From contig JBLDXI010000017.1 in the NCBI GenBank assembly GCA_047495785.1, positions 1,612,001-1,676,000 of the forward strand: 64,000 bases of DNA. The letters are read 5' to 3'. Within the stretch, counting starts at the first letter, position 1. Every line of letters starts with the position of its first letter. Origin of the DNA: Lepidodermella squamata. Lineage: Eukaryota > Animalia > Gastrotricha. This document shows positions 46,759 to 58,409 of this stretch, in pieces. A program made the position numbers and the translations under genes. The notes under the pieces are model-generated. The model did no database searches. It was given only the letters and a program-made list of their open reading frames with translations, and was not told where the DNA came from.

Positions 46759-49297
46759 ATGAATTCAATACTCAGCTGGCCGATTTTCGCCAACGTCCCG
46801 CCGGCGTTGCGCGATCGCATCGCTTCGGTTTACGTTTTCGGCAAAAATGGCGATAAGCTGCTGTTTTTTACCAACCCCCCAACATCGCGCCAGACTCCGC
46901 TGTCAACGCCAGTGCCGAATAACAGCCCTTCGCCGGTTAGCATGAGTACCAGTAGCGTTGAGATTAACAACGCGGCGGAACAAAGTGCAGCCAGTTCAAA
47001 TCCGAATCCGACAAATGGCGATGTAGTCGCGAACCTCGCATCACCAATTAACACCAACAATTTACCACAAGTTGTCAATAATAATCCGGATATAGTTGCT
47101 GGCATTGAGATTAACGAGACAATTACCAACTCTAGCCATGACGTCGAAATTGAACAGAAAAATGAGCCTGAAGCCTATGTCTTAGGCAAGAACACGGCCT
47201 GCTGCCTCGCATCGAATGAAAATGAACTCACAATCGAGCCATGTAAAAGAATCGATGCCTTATGCGGTCGGAAGGTGGTTGATATTGTGTCCGGGGAACG
47301 GCTGCATGTTGTCGCGTTGATGGATGACGGCCACGTGCTGGCGTGGGGCGAAAATCGCAACGGCCAGGTCGGCAGTGGGTCATTCGATGACAGGGTCGCG
47401 TCGCCTTCAATCATTTTCGAACCTGAATTTTTTCATGTTCGTAAAATTCAAATTAAATTATTGTATTTAAATTTTATTCAAATTTAATTAATCATCTTAA
47501 TTTAATTTGTTGCAGGGTGAAACCGTGGTTCAAATCGCAGTTGGCTTCAATCATTCCGTTTGTTTGACAAGTTCCGGTAAAGTTTACACTTGGGGGACAA
47601 ACGACTACGGCCAACTTGGCGACGGTTCAAAAATCAACAAAGCCAACCCTGTTCTCGTCGAGGGCGTCATTGAAAACGCTCATATTAAACAAATCGCTTG
47701 CTGCCAGCGAACGACTTTGGCCCTGGACCGAAACGGCCGCGTCTATCAGTGGGGCAATAATTGGAACGACAATGGCCTTGTCGCGATTGGCCAGCCTGTT
47801 ATCCGACCTCAAGATATCAACGCAACCTATCCGAGCTTTCAAAATGTTAGAATAACGAAACTAGCCTGCGGGGCTAATCACGTGTTGGCTTTAGCTGAGT
47901 CTGGGTCTGTCTACGCCTGGGGTCGAAACGACGTCGGCCAACTTGGACTAGGGTTCTACGGCGACTACGGCAGTAAAAGTCGAGAAGCTGCGGTTCTGAC
48001 TCCGACGAAAATTTCAGATTTCAGCAACTACCGACTAAGGATAAAATCGATTTTAGCCCACAACCAGATGAATATTTCATTGGCTCAGTCTTTCAGTGGA
48101 ACGGTTTTTGTTTGGGGTCGACAGTCGGCAACTGGGTCCATCTCCAGCCGCCCGGTTGCCAGTCAATTTAAAACTATTGAAACGGCATTTTTCGGCGCCT
48201 GTAATAAGCCTATTACCGCTACGCTGCAACGCGTCGACCACGATCAGTTAGGAACTGCGATTTTCGGCTCGCCGAACTGGCTGAGACAAATGTTCGATCA
48301 TCGCCCTAGCTCTGATTTAGAAATCGTGGTCGAAGGCCGTTCAATCTACGTTCATCGGACTGTATTGAAATGGGGCTCACAGGTAACTTTTCCTTAACCT
48401 TCAGCCTCCCTAAAAAAATGATAAATTGTTAAAGCATTTTCGTGCAATGCTGGATGCGGATAACGGATGGAAAGAGTCTAAAGCGCCCGTTATTAAAATT
48501 GACAAAGTTCCATACGCGGCTTATCGTGCTTATCTGTTCTATTTGTATGCGGATGAACTAGTTTTGCCGGCTGATGTCACTCAGGAAGATGTAGTCAGCC
48601 TGATGGATCTAGCCAGTGCCTATCTGGAGGAGGATCTCAAGCTCAAAGCGTGAGTTTCTATTACAGCGTGTCCTATAAGTGACGCAAGCAAAGAAAATTC
48701 ACTGAAAAGGGTTCAGAAACTCTAAAATGAGAGATCTCATGGCCAGAAAATTTTTAGAAATTTTCGCAAAAAATCACGAGAATATAGTAATCAAGTATGT
48801 CACTTGTTAAATGGGATTAAAAAATTCCGGAGGAATTTGGTCCAACCGGGTAAAATACCGAAAATTACCGAACCAGTTACCATCGGGGTTTTCCGGGTTT
48901 TCTCCGGTAAATTTTTCAATTCTTCGAAGATGGAATAATTTTGTTGGTAGGATTAATTTAATAAAATTAGTTGAATTTCCTGCAAAAAGTTGCCGAATAA
49001 AAAAAAATAGTTGCGCAACTTTTGGGACACGCTGTAATTGAAGGATTTTTTTTATTTTACCTTTGTATCTATAGGGTGGATTTTTTCGCCGCAAAATGGC
49101 TCGATATAGAAAATGCGGCTGCAATTTATACGCTCGCCGTTGATCATCTGCTGGACGAGCTCGCGGCTGTGGCGATGGAGTACATTTTCGAAAATCTAAC
49201 CTCCGTTGTAACATCGCATTCGTTCAGTCAAATCGACGCCCAGCATGCTAAAACTATTTTCGTAAAAGCTGCCAGCCGCCGCTTGTTCGCTATTTAA
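46759..49297 (+). CDS. RCC1 and BTB domain-containing protein (RCBTB1/2-like); introns 47437-47515, 48383-48434, 48650-49073
   Basis: N-terminal 'WPIF', RCC1 repeats (WGxNxxGQLG), BTB 'SDLEIVVEGRSIYVHRTVLK', BACK-like tail. Confidence 0.9.
48664..49034. mobile_element. Tc1/mariner-type MITE (371 bp) in the last RCBTB intron
   Basis: Imperfect TIRs of about 25 bp (CAGCGTGTCCtataagtgacgcaa / ttgcgcaacttttgGGACACGCTG), each flanked by TA. Confidence 0.8.
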
Positions 49298-49745
49298 AAA
49301 AACACTCCGGATGCGTTGTGATGACAAGCTCCTAGAAATATATGCAACTTTATTTCGCTATCTTTTTTTTTAGTTTCGAATACTGCTCTGAAAAAAATTG
49401 AAATTGTCATAAAATAAATAGCAATATTAGTCGCTTTTATACTCTAAGCATTTAGCTGATATTTATTATTTGTTTTATATCTCTCTGAAATGCTTTTGAG
49501 AATCCAGACTGAAAAGTAAAAATGAAATTTTGTCAGCTGAAGTTTTACAGACATCATTGTTTGTGTCTGAGATGTGAGATGAAACTGCCAAGAGAAGCGC
49601 CGTGAGACAATGGCGATGAGACAGGTCAAGGTGTTTCATTCAAGGTCACGAGAAATGGACGCGTCAACATTGCATCCAGCGGCGGAAACACTCCGAGTTT
49701 ATTTAAGACATTTTCCAAAATTACTTAAAAATTTTAAGGTTGATA

Positions 49746-50315
49746 ATGATTACGTCCAAGTTCGACCGAAACGCTGATCGCTGTTTACTAGCGATTTCAT
49801 CGACTTTTCAGGCTGTCCTTCTAGGAACAGTGGCTACTCTGGTTTTGTTCGGATACATCGCCAATAGTATTCAAAAAGTTTAATTTCAACAATTCTCAAC
49901 TCATTGATTTATTTTTTTAAGGCAAGGGAGATTTACTTGACGTTGCCATTTGCACGATTTTCGGTGTTGCTTGGGTTACGTTTTCGATCATCCTATTAGC
50001 GAATCTTTGCCGCAAAATTTCCAGCCCGAAATGGTAACTTTTTTGAAACTATTTTTATTCTTGGTTTGAATCTCAATTTACAGTGGAACTGAGCTTTTCG
50101 ACGACAAGCTCGGACTGTTTTTCCCGCATATCACGCTAATGCTAGCGGCTATTTTAGTCTTTGTCAGCCGAGCTGTGATTTGGCTGGGTGGATCTCTCGG
50201 CGGTATCAATTTGGACCTGTTTTCAGTGGGCAGCACAATCGCCTACATCGCGGCGTTTGTCTTCTTTGTTTTCGCCATGCTAACGCGATCGGTCATGAAC
50301 CAAATAAAAATATGA
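49746..50315 (+). CDS. Small 4-TM protein family, member A (154 aa); introns 49867-49921, 50034-50083
   Basis: Spliced ORF MITSKFDRNADRCLL...RSVMNQIKI with four hydrophobic segments; clear paralogy to B-E. Confidence 0.82.
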
Positions 50316-50806
50316 ATAAAGGCCGATTCGCTTGGCTGAACAAAAATCTATCATGTACAAGTACAACCAATCTTGAATTTATAATATTAAATTTGCAAGA
50401 GTAAAAAAATAGATCGATGGAATTCGAGGTATTTGCGCGATTTATTTAAAAGGATAAAATGCGACTAGAATGGCTATTACCTTTCAATGCATGGTCAACT
50501 TGATGGTTAAATGACGATAAAACGCTGCACTCCGGGCAGTCTAATTCCATCCCCTAGGAAGAGAGTATGGGTCTTAGACCTAATCAATAGGAATCGCCCC
50601 AGTGGCAGCCGAAGGTTTTTAGTTTTGTATCCTTATAACGTTTTTTATATGTCGGCCAAAAAAATTACCTGCGGCTTGAAACCTGTCTGGTTTCAGGACA
50701 CGAACTCGTTTGTTTTTTTATGTTTTCGGTAAAAGACAAACAATTGTTTTTTCGGTGTGACTTCCGCGCATTATCATCCAAATTAGTATTCAGGTTTCGA
50801 TTATAG

Positions 50807-50858
50807 CCAATGAGTGAGTTGTCCATTACCGGGTTAGGTTGAAAGCGAGCCTATAAAA
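50807..50858 (+). promoter_or_regulatory. CCAAT box plus TATA box upstream of the secreted protein gene
   Basis: agCCAATga near 50807 and TATAAAA at 50852-50858, about 75 nt before ATG 50930. Confidence 0.55.
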
Positions 50859-50929
50859 TGGGCCGTGCAGAGCGGCATTATTGGTTACCTTAATTCACTT
50901 TCAATTTACTGATTATTTTTCACTTTAGA

Positions 50930-51754
50930 ATGGCGCTTAGCAAAGCTATTCTAATCACGTTGGTCGTCCTCACCGTCGCTTGCTACTTCACGTACGCTTG
51001 CAGCTGGGGTTCATCTGGTAGCTCGACTGGTCGGCATGGCTCCAAATCCGAAGATGACAACGGTAACAGCGGAGAGGATCGCAACAAGTCTGGCGAGAGA
51101 AAGAGCAAGAAGCACGGTGGCGATCACGAGCGAAAGGGGAAGGATCACGACAAGAACAAAGGCAAGGATCACGATTCCAACAAGGGCAAAGATCACGAAG
51201 GTAAAATAACCAAAAATTTTGCATAGCCGTTACATTACCGTTCTGATTTCAGGCAAGAATAAGAAGCATGGCGAAGGTGTGTCCCTTTAAAACAGAATTA
51301 ATAACATATTTTATTATTATTTCATTCTCTCAGGTCGTAAAAACAAGCACGGCAACGCCAATGCTACTGCTTTGGTGAGTTTTAAATTTGAATATTATAA
51401 AATCGCAATTAAAATTAATTTTTTTCAGAGCTGTAACGATCCCGAAGATAACTATTGCTCGTGCATGCCGTTGTCGGAAGACAGCAAGAAGTGTAGCTTC
51501 AAGCTGTCGTCGAAGAAGCACGACATGGAGACGTGCAATGCGTTTTGTGGCGACAAGACCCAACAATGCTACGTGCCGAATACACCCGGTGCCTGTCAGT
51601 GTATCGACGCCAGCGAAAGCTGTTCGATGACGGTATATTCTTACGATTTTTTTGAATTCCCTTTCTTTTATATAATCCATTTTATATTCACGCACAGAGT
51701 GCTTCACATTCAACTTCAGCCCAATGCGCTGATGCGTGTCGCCAGGTCCAGTAG
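50930..51754 (+). CDS. Secreted protein: K/D/H/G-rich repeats plus two 6-Cys modules; exons 50930-51200, 51253-51276, 51334-51374, 51429-51632, 51698-51754
   Basis: Signal peptide, KGKDHD repeats, four GT-AG introns including a 24-nt microexon, open frame to TAG 51754. Confidence 0.78.
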
Positions 51755-51899
51755 AAACGTCACCCGCCGAAAGATAGACAATATGATCACCTGTTAAAAT
51801 TTTTGCAGATTCTCTTGATTATTATTTTTTTTTAATAAAACGTGGATTTCTGGTAATTATGAAAAATTACAACGATATTTTTAGTATTTCGATTGAAGC

Positions 51900-52310
51900 A
51901 GAAATGCCTTCTGCCACCGCAAATTTGGACTTTCTGCCTTTAATTTTGGGTTTTCTGTAACCAAATATGATGCCTAGTTCAAAAATTGCCATTAAAATGA
52001 GGTTTCTTGGAACCAATCGATGGTCAGGGCGATCTTACTTGAGGGGCAAATGCTAATTTACCTTTTTTATTATATCGAAAAATCTTTGAAATAAAAAATT
52101 TCTTATACTTTCGTTCCACCATGGAAACCCCAAATTGGTGGAAAAAATCTCAACCTGTTGGCAAGAAATGCCATTCCAATCTTGATTTGGGGGAAGAAAC
52201 CTCAATTTGATGGTAAGCCTTGTTTTGGTGGCAAGAAACCTTAATTTGATAATTTTTTGATGTTCATATTTGCTGACAGAAAATCCTAATCTGCTGGCAA
52301 GGCACTCCCA
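51900..52310. repeat. Degenerate foldback-like element built from short subrepeats in opposite orientations
   Basis: 'caagaaacctcaatttgatgg'-like units repeat at about 52110-52310, with reverse-complement copies at about 51900-52020. Confidence 0.5.
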
Positions 52311-52340
52311 AAAATACTTCATGGATCGCTAACATCTGAC

Positions 52341-52690
52341 CTGTGATGTTTCTGGATGGATCTCTCGGCGGTATCGATCTGGACCTGTTTTCAGTCGGCA
52401 TCAGCGCAATCAGCGCCTTTGTTTTCGCCGTGCTAAAACGCGATCGGTCATTAAACAAAATATAAACAAAGGCACAATCGCTCGGCTGAACAAACCTCTC
52501 GAGTACATGAAGACTCAATCTTGATTTTATTGACTATAAATTAATGAGTAAAAACAAGCGATCGCCGTACGCTACAAATTTCAGGTATTGGCGTTATTTT
52601 TGTCAAGATGAGTGACCAGAATGGCTATTACCTCTCAACACACGTGTCACCATGATGGCCAAATGGCGACACCGCTGTCTACGCTGCATT
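52341..52690 (+). pseudogene. Truncated duplicate of 4-TM gene A last exon and 3' flank (copy of about 50173-50530)
   Basis: Shared blocks ggatctctcggcggtatc, ggacctgttttcagt, cgcgatcggtcat, gaatggctattacct; has a deletion and a frameshift and no upstream exons. Confidence 0.82.
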
Positions 52691-52729
52691 TCAGAAATTG
52701 AAAAATAAACATTTTTCTAAAAGCTGAAA

Positions 52730-53206
52730 ATGAGAGGAATTTTACACCCAATTTTAGCTGCAATACTAGTTAACAGTTTCTTCTCGGAATGTGGCGCGTT
52801 TTTCGCCAGTCACCCGTCGTTCATGCCGAACATGCCCCATACGTACTCGCGGTGTAATTTTCCGAGCGACTGCCTCCACGGCGACATTTGCACCGGAAAT
52901 CGCTGCCACAGCCGCTTTCCTGTTTCAAAGTACGGCCGCTGCACGTTCAACTCGGACTGCTTCCTGGGCGATAAATGCATTCATCGAACGTGTTACAGCC
53001 AACAGTTTGTTCGGCCTTACGCTAGCTGTACGTTCTTGTCCGACTGTTTCTCCGGCGATAAGTGCATCGATCGCGAGTGTTATAGCAAAAACAGCCACAG
53101 ACAGCCGCAGCAGGCGACAAACTGGATGCGATGCAGCTTCGCGACTCAATGCCCGACTGGCCAACGTTGTAATAGCGATGGATATTGTACCTCGAATTTT
53201 TTCTAA
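52730..53206 (+). CDS. Intronless secreted protein with four C-x5-C-x5-C-x4/5-C repeats
   Basis: Signal peptide; repeats such as RCTFNSDCFLGDKCIHRTC. Confidence 0.85.
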   Translation: MRGILHPILAAILVNSFFSECGAFFASHPSFMPNMPHTYSRCNFPSDCLHGDICTGNRCHSRFPVSKYGRCTFNSDCFLGDKCIHRTCYSQQFVRPYASCTFLSDCFSGDKCIDRECYSKNSHRQPQQATNWMRCSFATQCPTGQRCNSDGYCTSNFF

Positions 53207-53537
53207 AAAAATTGATGATTTATGACCTGATAAAAGTCGATGTCGAGATAGCATCTTTATTGCATTTTTGTTTACGAGCGAATAAATAACATTAAAACAT
53301 GTTCGTTAATAATATCATGATTATAATTTCTTAATATCAGGTGTGCGATATGATTTATTATACACCCTCGAAGCAGTAGTGACGCGGTGATATCTGATAA
53401 CCCGAAAAGCATATCTGATTCTCACAGAAACACAACAACAACAACAACAAACATGCCTCCGGTTTTGTGCGGTAAAATAAAAGCATTTCAACACCTGCGA
53501 AGAAGTTGAATTTTTCCGCCTTAATAATAACAAGACC

Positions 53538-54140
53538 ATGATAACTTGCGTAATTGGAAGAGAAGCCGATCGCTGTCTTTTGGCAATCAATTCAGCTGCA
53601 CAGGTATAAAATATTTTCACTCAATAAAAAGCTCTGTTCATATAGCTTTGCACAGGCTGTGATCTGGGTTTTAGTCGGTGGACTTGTCGGTTTTCGTTAT
53701 TTTAATGACAGTAAGTAGTCCATATTACAGCGCTGAATGAAAATTACCGATTTATTTTTTTAAGATGTTGGGAATTTTCTGGACGTCTGGATTTGCGTTA
53801 TTTTCGGAATTTTCTGGCTGATTTTCGGAATAATCGCTTTTGTTGGGCTTTGCTGCAGAAATCACAATCCGAGATGGTAAGAAAAATTGCTCTCGAATTA
53901 TCAATTTTTTTAAATATTTCAAATAGTGGAACCGATCTGTTTAGAGACGTCACATCATTCCTGTGCCACATTGTCCTCCTTGGCGCTGGAATTCTCGTTT
54001 TTATCAGCCGATTTTGGCACTGGCAGGTCGGTTCGGCGTTTGGCGTCAATTCTGGCCGTTTCATCGAAGGCAGCCTCATCGCTTACCTGGGCGTTGGCGT
54101 CTCTTTCATATTTTTTATGCTGGCCAGAGCCGTTCTCTGA
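53538..54140 (+). CDS. 4-TM family member B; introns 53604-53655, 53711-53764, 53877-53926
   Basis: MITCVIGREADRCLL...LDVWIC..FG..W...C|GTDLF; spliced frame intact (148 aa). Confidence 0.82.
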
Positions 54141-54673
54141 ATATTAATTTGCAACAATTATTCGTTTCGCTTTTTCTTTTTATGCGCCACATTATTTGAA
54201 CAAATAAAACAGCAAAAAATAATTATTTCCTATAAATGCCTGGTATAAATTTGCACCGTTTGGTCAATAAAAACGTGATAAAATATATTACGGAAAATTG
54301 TTTAAACGAACTGAAATTAGGTTCAATTCATTTTTTTCTGTAAAAAGTTAAATTTTCCCCTAATTTTTTGAGATTTCAGCAAACTGCGCGATGAGTCGTC
54401 CACAGTCTGAAGAATATTCTTCGGGCACGCGATCGCCTGTTTTGCGGTCAAAAAAACACGCCGCGAGCCGTGTAAAAAGGCATGTGATTCTTCAAATCGC
54501 CTCGTAGTGTATCGTAAAAATCACAAAGAAAAGCACATCATCATTATCATCATCTATCTATATAGCGATCGACTGCTCTGTTGTAAAATATTATTGCAGT
54601 TGCCAGTGGGTAAATCATTGCTAATTGATTTTTGTTTATTCAACGAGAATCGGTGGAGCAGAGACTTGATATC

Positions 54674-55466
54674 ATGATCGTTCTTCGACTTGACCACGCT
54701 AGTGATTTGTTTTTACTAGCTATCAGCTCTTTTTTCCAGGTAAACAACTACTTACCTACTCAATTTTTGCTGTGTTTACCGGTCAGTAAAAAAAATTCCA
54801 GTCCGTTCTATGGAGCTTCACTGCTGCCAACTATTGGCTGAGAAGGGTCAGTTCAGGCCGCCTTAAAGAAGTTACCGGTATAAGATCATTCAATATAGCA
54901 ATCGGCCTGAACTACTTGATAACTGAATTATACAGATGCGCTTGACCTATGGATTTGTACGTTTTTGGCTATATCGTGGACAGTTGGATTTTGTGTCCTA
55001 TTAATCATAATTATGAGGCACGGGTTTACAGGATGGTAAAATTTAACTCAAAATTTGTAAAATTATTAAAAAATTCCGAAATTCCAGCAAAAGAATGCTC
55101 GATAACTGCAGTATGGTGTTGACTTGCTTGCTAATTTTTGTAAGCACCCTGGTCGCTACCGGCAGCCGTATAGTCCTTCTGCTTAGCGACGCGTCAAACG
55201 TAGCCGATTTAGTACCGATCTACGTCTTCTGCATTGGCTCGATGCTATTCTATTTCACCTTGATGGCGACCAGCTTCTGGATGAGCCTCGCCAAAGCTAT
55301 AACTTCAGATCACGGACAAGTAAGACTGGACGAAACTAACGACTTTACGGCTTCATCAATCGAAGAGCAGCCTTCGACTTCAAAACTCGTCGATCCTTAC
55401 GACCTGAGCCACATTACGCCAAACAGCAAATCGCGTCGATTTTTGAAAGCAAAAAATTTCTCCTAA
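54674..55466 (+). CDS. 4-TM family member C (4 exons)
   Basis: MIVLRLDHASDLFLL..FQ|..LDLWICT..W..C|..FCIGSMLFY; same intron positions and phases as B and E. Confidence 0.78.
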
Positions 55467-55517
55467 ATTCCAGTTAAAACGTTTCGTTATTTTTTTTAGG
55501 TTTTTTCGTATTGAAAA

Positions 55518-56376
55518 ATGAAAAAACCTGCAGATGTCTTGTTGATGTTGGGCACATCGCTCATACAAGCCTTTTGTTGGGTCAGTGTCGCTTTCATTTA
55601 CTGGAAAGATCTCATCTTCTATCAATATTGGCTTGATCACATCAGTAACAATTTTTTCTCATTTCGATTTTCTCCATTTTTATTGCAATTTTTTTAGTAA
55701 ACTATGATCTGCTGCTTTGCACAATGCTGGCCGTTGCCTGGTTAACGTTTTATCTCGTGACTTTGATGGTGCTAATTACGAATACCCAATGCTTCTCGGA
55801 GCCTTACGAAAATGGGCCTAGGTAATTCATATTTTTTGAGCCATGGCAAGCGATTTCACACTTTTTTTATGAAAAATAATGGGTGTTGCGCAACAATGCG
55901 TGTGCATCATCTGGAGAAATGACACAGAAAGGATCCAAATCGCTCGTCACGTCTCATTTTTCTCAATTTTTGATATATTAATATGAAAATATATTTATTT
56001 TAGCCAATGTGATTGCCGTGGTTTGCCGTTATTATTCACGACATCGCTGACTTCAAACGTTACCGCAATTATAGCCGCGTCGATACGACTCGTCAAAGTT
56101 TCATTGATGTACCAAAGAACGGATCATGTGGATTTGCGACCGAAGCAAAATGTGCCAATATTTATCACAACCGACAAGCCAATTGTTGTAGAACTTCTCA
56201 GCGAAGCTAGCACAGACCCGTTTTGCGTCGGTTCTATGCTCGTGTATTTGACCATGTTTATTGCCACCTGTTTTACCTACATAGCCGTTGCACAGCGAAA
56301 TCGCACCAATTTTAACGAATCGATCAATGCCCAACAGCAGAACGAAAGTGCCGATGAGAGCTCTGTACTGGCGTGA
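55518..56376 (+). CDS. 4-TM family member D (3 exons, expanded TM3-TM4 loop)
   Basis: MKKPADVLLM..Q..W..|YDLLLCT..AW..|..IRL..FCVGSMLVY; splices at positions homologous to the other members. Confidence 0.72.
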
Positions 56377-56970
56377 ATTTGAAACCTCCCATACTAGTTG
56401 ACCAAATCTTGTTGTTTGAGGTTCATTGTTATTTTTTTCAAGAATAAATTCCTAGCTATGACTATGTCTATTTTTCAAGAAAACCGTTCGGAGTGGACCA
56501 TCGTAAGAGATTAATGGGTACCATGTGTAAAACAAATAAACCGGGCTTTACGCGTTAGCGGCAACGATACTAATGTTTTATGCGCGCGCGAGTGTGCGCG
56601 AGCTGTTGGCAGCGCATGAGCGTATTCGCACAGGCTGGGATCTATCCATATCTTTCAGCGAGACAACGATAAACAAAGCAATATCTGATGCTGTATGAAA
56701 CGGACTTTCCCATGAAAAGGCTAGCCATCGGCGTCAATTGGCTTGACTGCTGTAGTAGCATGCTGTTAGGTCAGGAAATGTCTGGGCGCCGGGCAATTAC
56801 TATGGTTTTTATTACAAAGCTCGTAGCCAAATCGCGAGCAGAAATATTTTTTGCTTTTCCTTATAAGAGCTCGATTATTTATTGATTTGTGGCGCCTTGT
56901 TATCTATTTGCCTAGTGTTTCAAACAAATTATATCAATAAACACTTTCCTCGCTTCAATCGATAACTAAT

Positions 56971-57621
56971 ATGATTAGCGCTAAAGTCAAGCATCCCAGC
57001 GATCGGTGCCTCTTGAGTGTAACTTGCATTTTACAGGTAAATATCCTAATCTTTAACTATTCAAACAATAAATTTAATTTTATCAGGTTTTGTTTTGGAT
57101 TCTTGCTGCAGTTGCTGTTTTTCTGCAGTTTGCCAATTCCTCAACTCCAGGTCAGAAATAAATTAGAAATAGAAAATGACTATATAATTATTCTATTTTA
57201 GGTGCGAGTAAAAATTTGCTCGAAGTTGGCGTTTGTATCAGTTTCGCCATAGCTTGGCTCGGCTTTTCGATCGTCGTCATTATCAGCCTGTTCAAGGCCG
57301 GTGGCCCGAAATGGTAACCTTAATCCACCTTAACAAAAATATATTAAAAGAATCTCTTCTCATTTCAGCGGCAAAGTCTTCTGCGTCATGTTTTTCGCCT
57401 CCAACTTGAAGGCCGCAATTCCGATGCTTCTGTTGATCCTAGCCGGAGGTTTTGTAGCTGTCGCACAGGTGCTACGCTGGCAGAAGGCTGCTAGCCCCGG
57501 CGGCTTTGACCTTGACAATCTCTGCGCTGGCGCTATTATCGGCTATATCGTGGTTTTCCAGCTTTTCGTCTTCGCTCTGTTGGGACGCGCTACTCTGAAA
57601 CACACCAAAACGCCTGTTTGA
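56971..57621 (+). CDS. 4-TM family member E (4 exons)
   Basis: MISAKVKHPSDRCLL..LQ|..LLEVGVC..AW..PKC|..GGFDLD.LCAG.IIGY. Confidence 0.82.
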
Positions 57622-58409
57622 AACGTTCATTAAGGCGGACTGAATGAAATTTGTTGCTCAATATATCTGCTGTGAGGAATTAATAAAAAGAACTGCAGTG
57701 AATATTTCCGTTTTTTATTTTCTTCGTCATTTCACTCGACCGATTCATGACAACGTTACTATTAAGGCGTATAGAATTATAATAATAGAAAGCTATTACA
57801 CTTTTGCATATCCTTCATCTCACGAATTTTTTCATTGCTAAATAATTTTTTTACACAGCAGTATGCCACCGTTGCGACTAAATAATAGTTTGGAAGCGCG
57901 CTTCTCGAAGAATTTTTCGATCGACGAAAACGAAAGCAAAAAATATGAATGACGGTTACTTGTGACAAATAATAGTAAATGCGAAGAAACACGAGTGTAA
58001 TTATAATCATGTAGCAACTTCATTAGGCGGCGATACAAAAATCAATCACTGGCTTGTTTCATTTGTACAAAGTTTTAATTACAATAATAGTAGGAATTTC
58101 ATGCGCGTTTTTATCAAGGCAGCAGTGCTTCATGAAGTGTTTCATTTATAGCTGAAAGCTGCAGGTGTATTGCCACTTTGTAGTTTTATTCAATTAAATT
58201 CAAGCCATGGAGGAGTAATCAACGGTGGTTGGAAATAGCAAAAGCAACGACTACATTTATTTATACGGAGACTTTTTCGCTTAACAAGCGCAACTAAAAG
58301 ACGAAAAATCAACACAGTTTTTTTTACGAATAATTCGTTATTAATAATATAATAATTATAATAATTTCGATGATAAAAATTTATTAATTTTTTCTGTCGG
58401 CGTCCGGAC

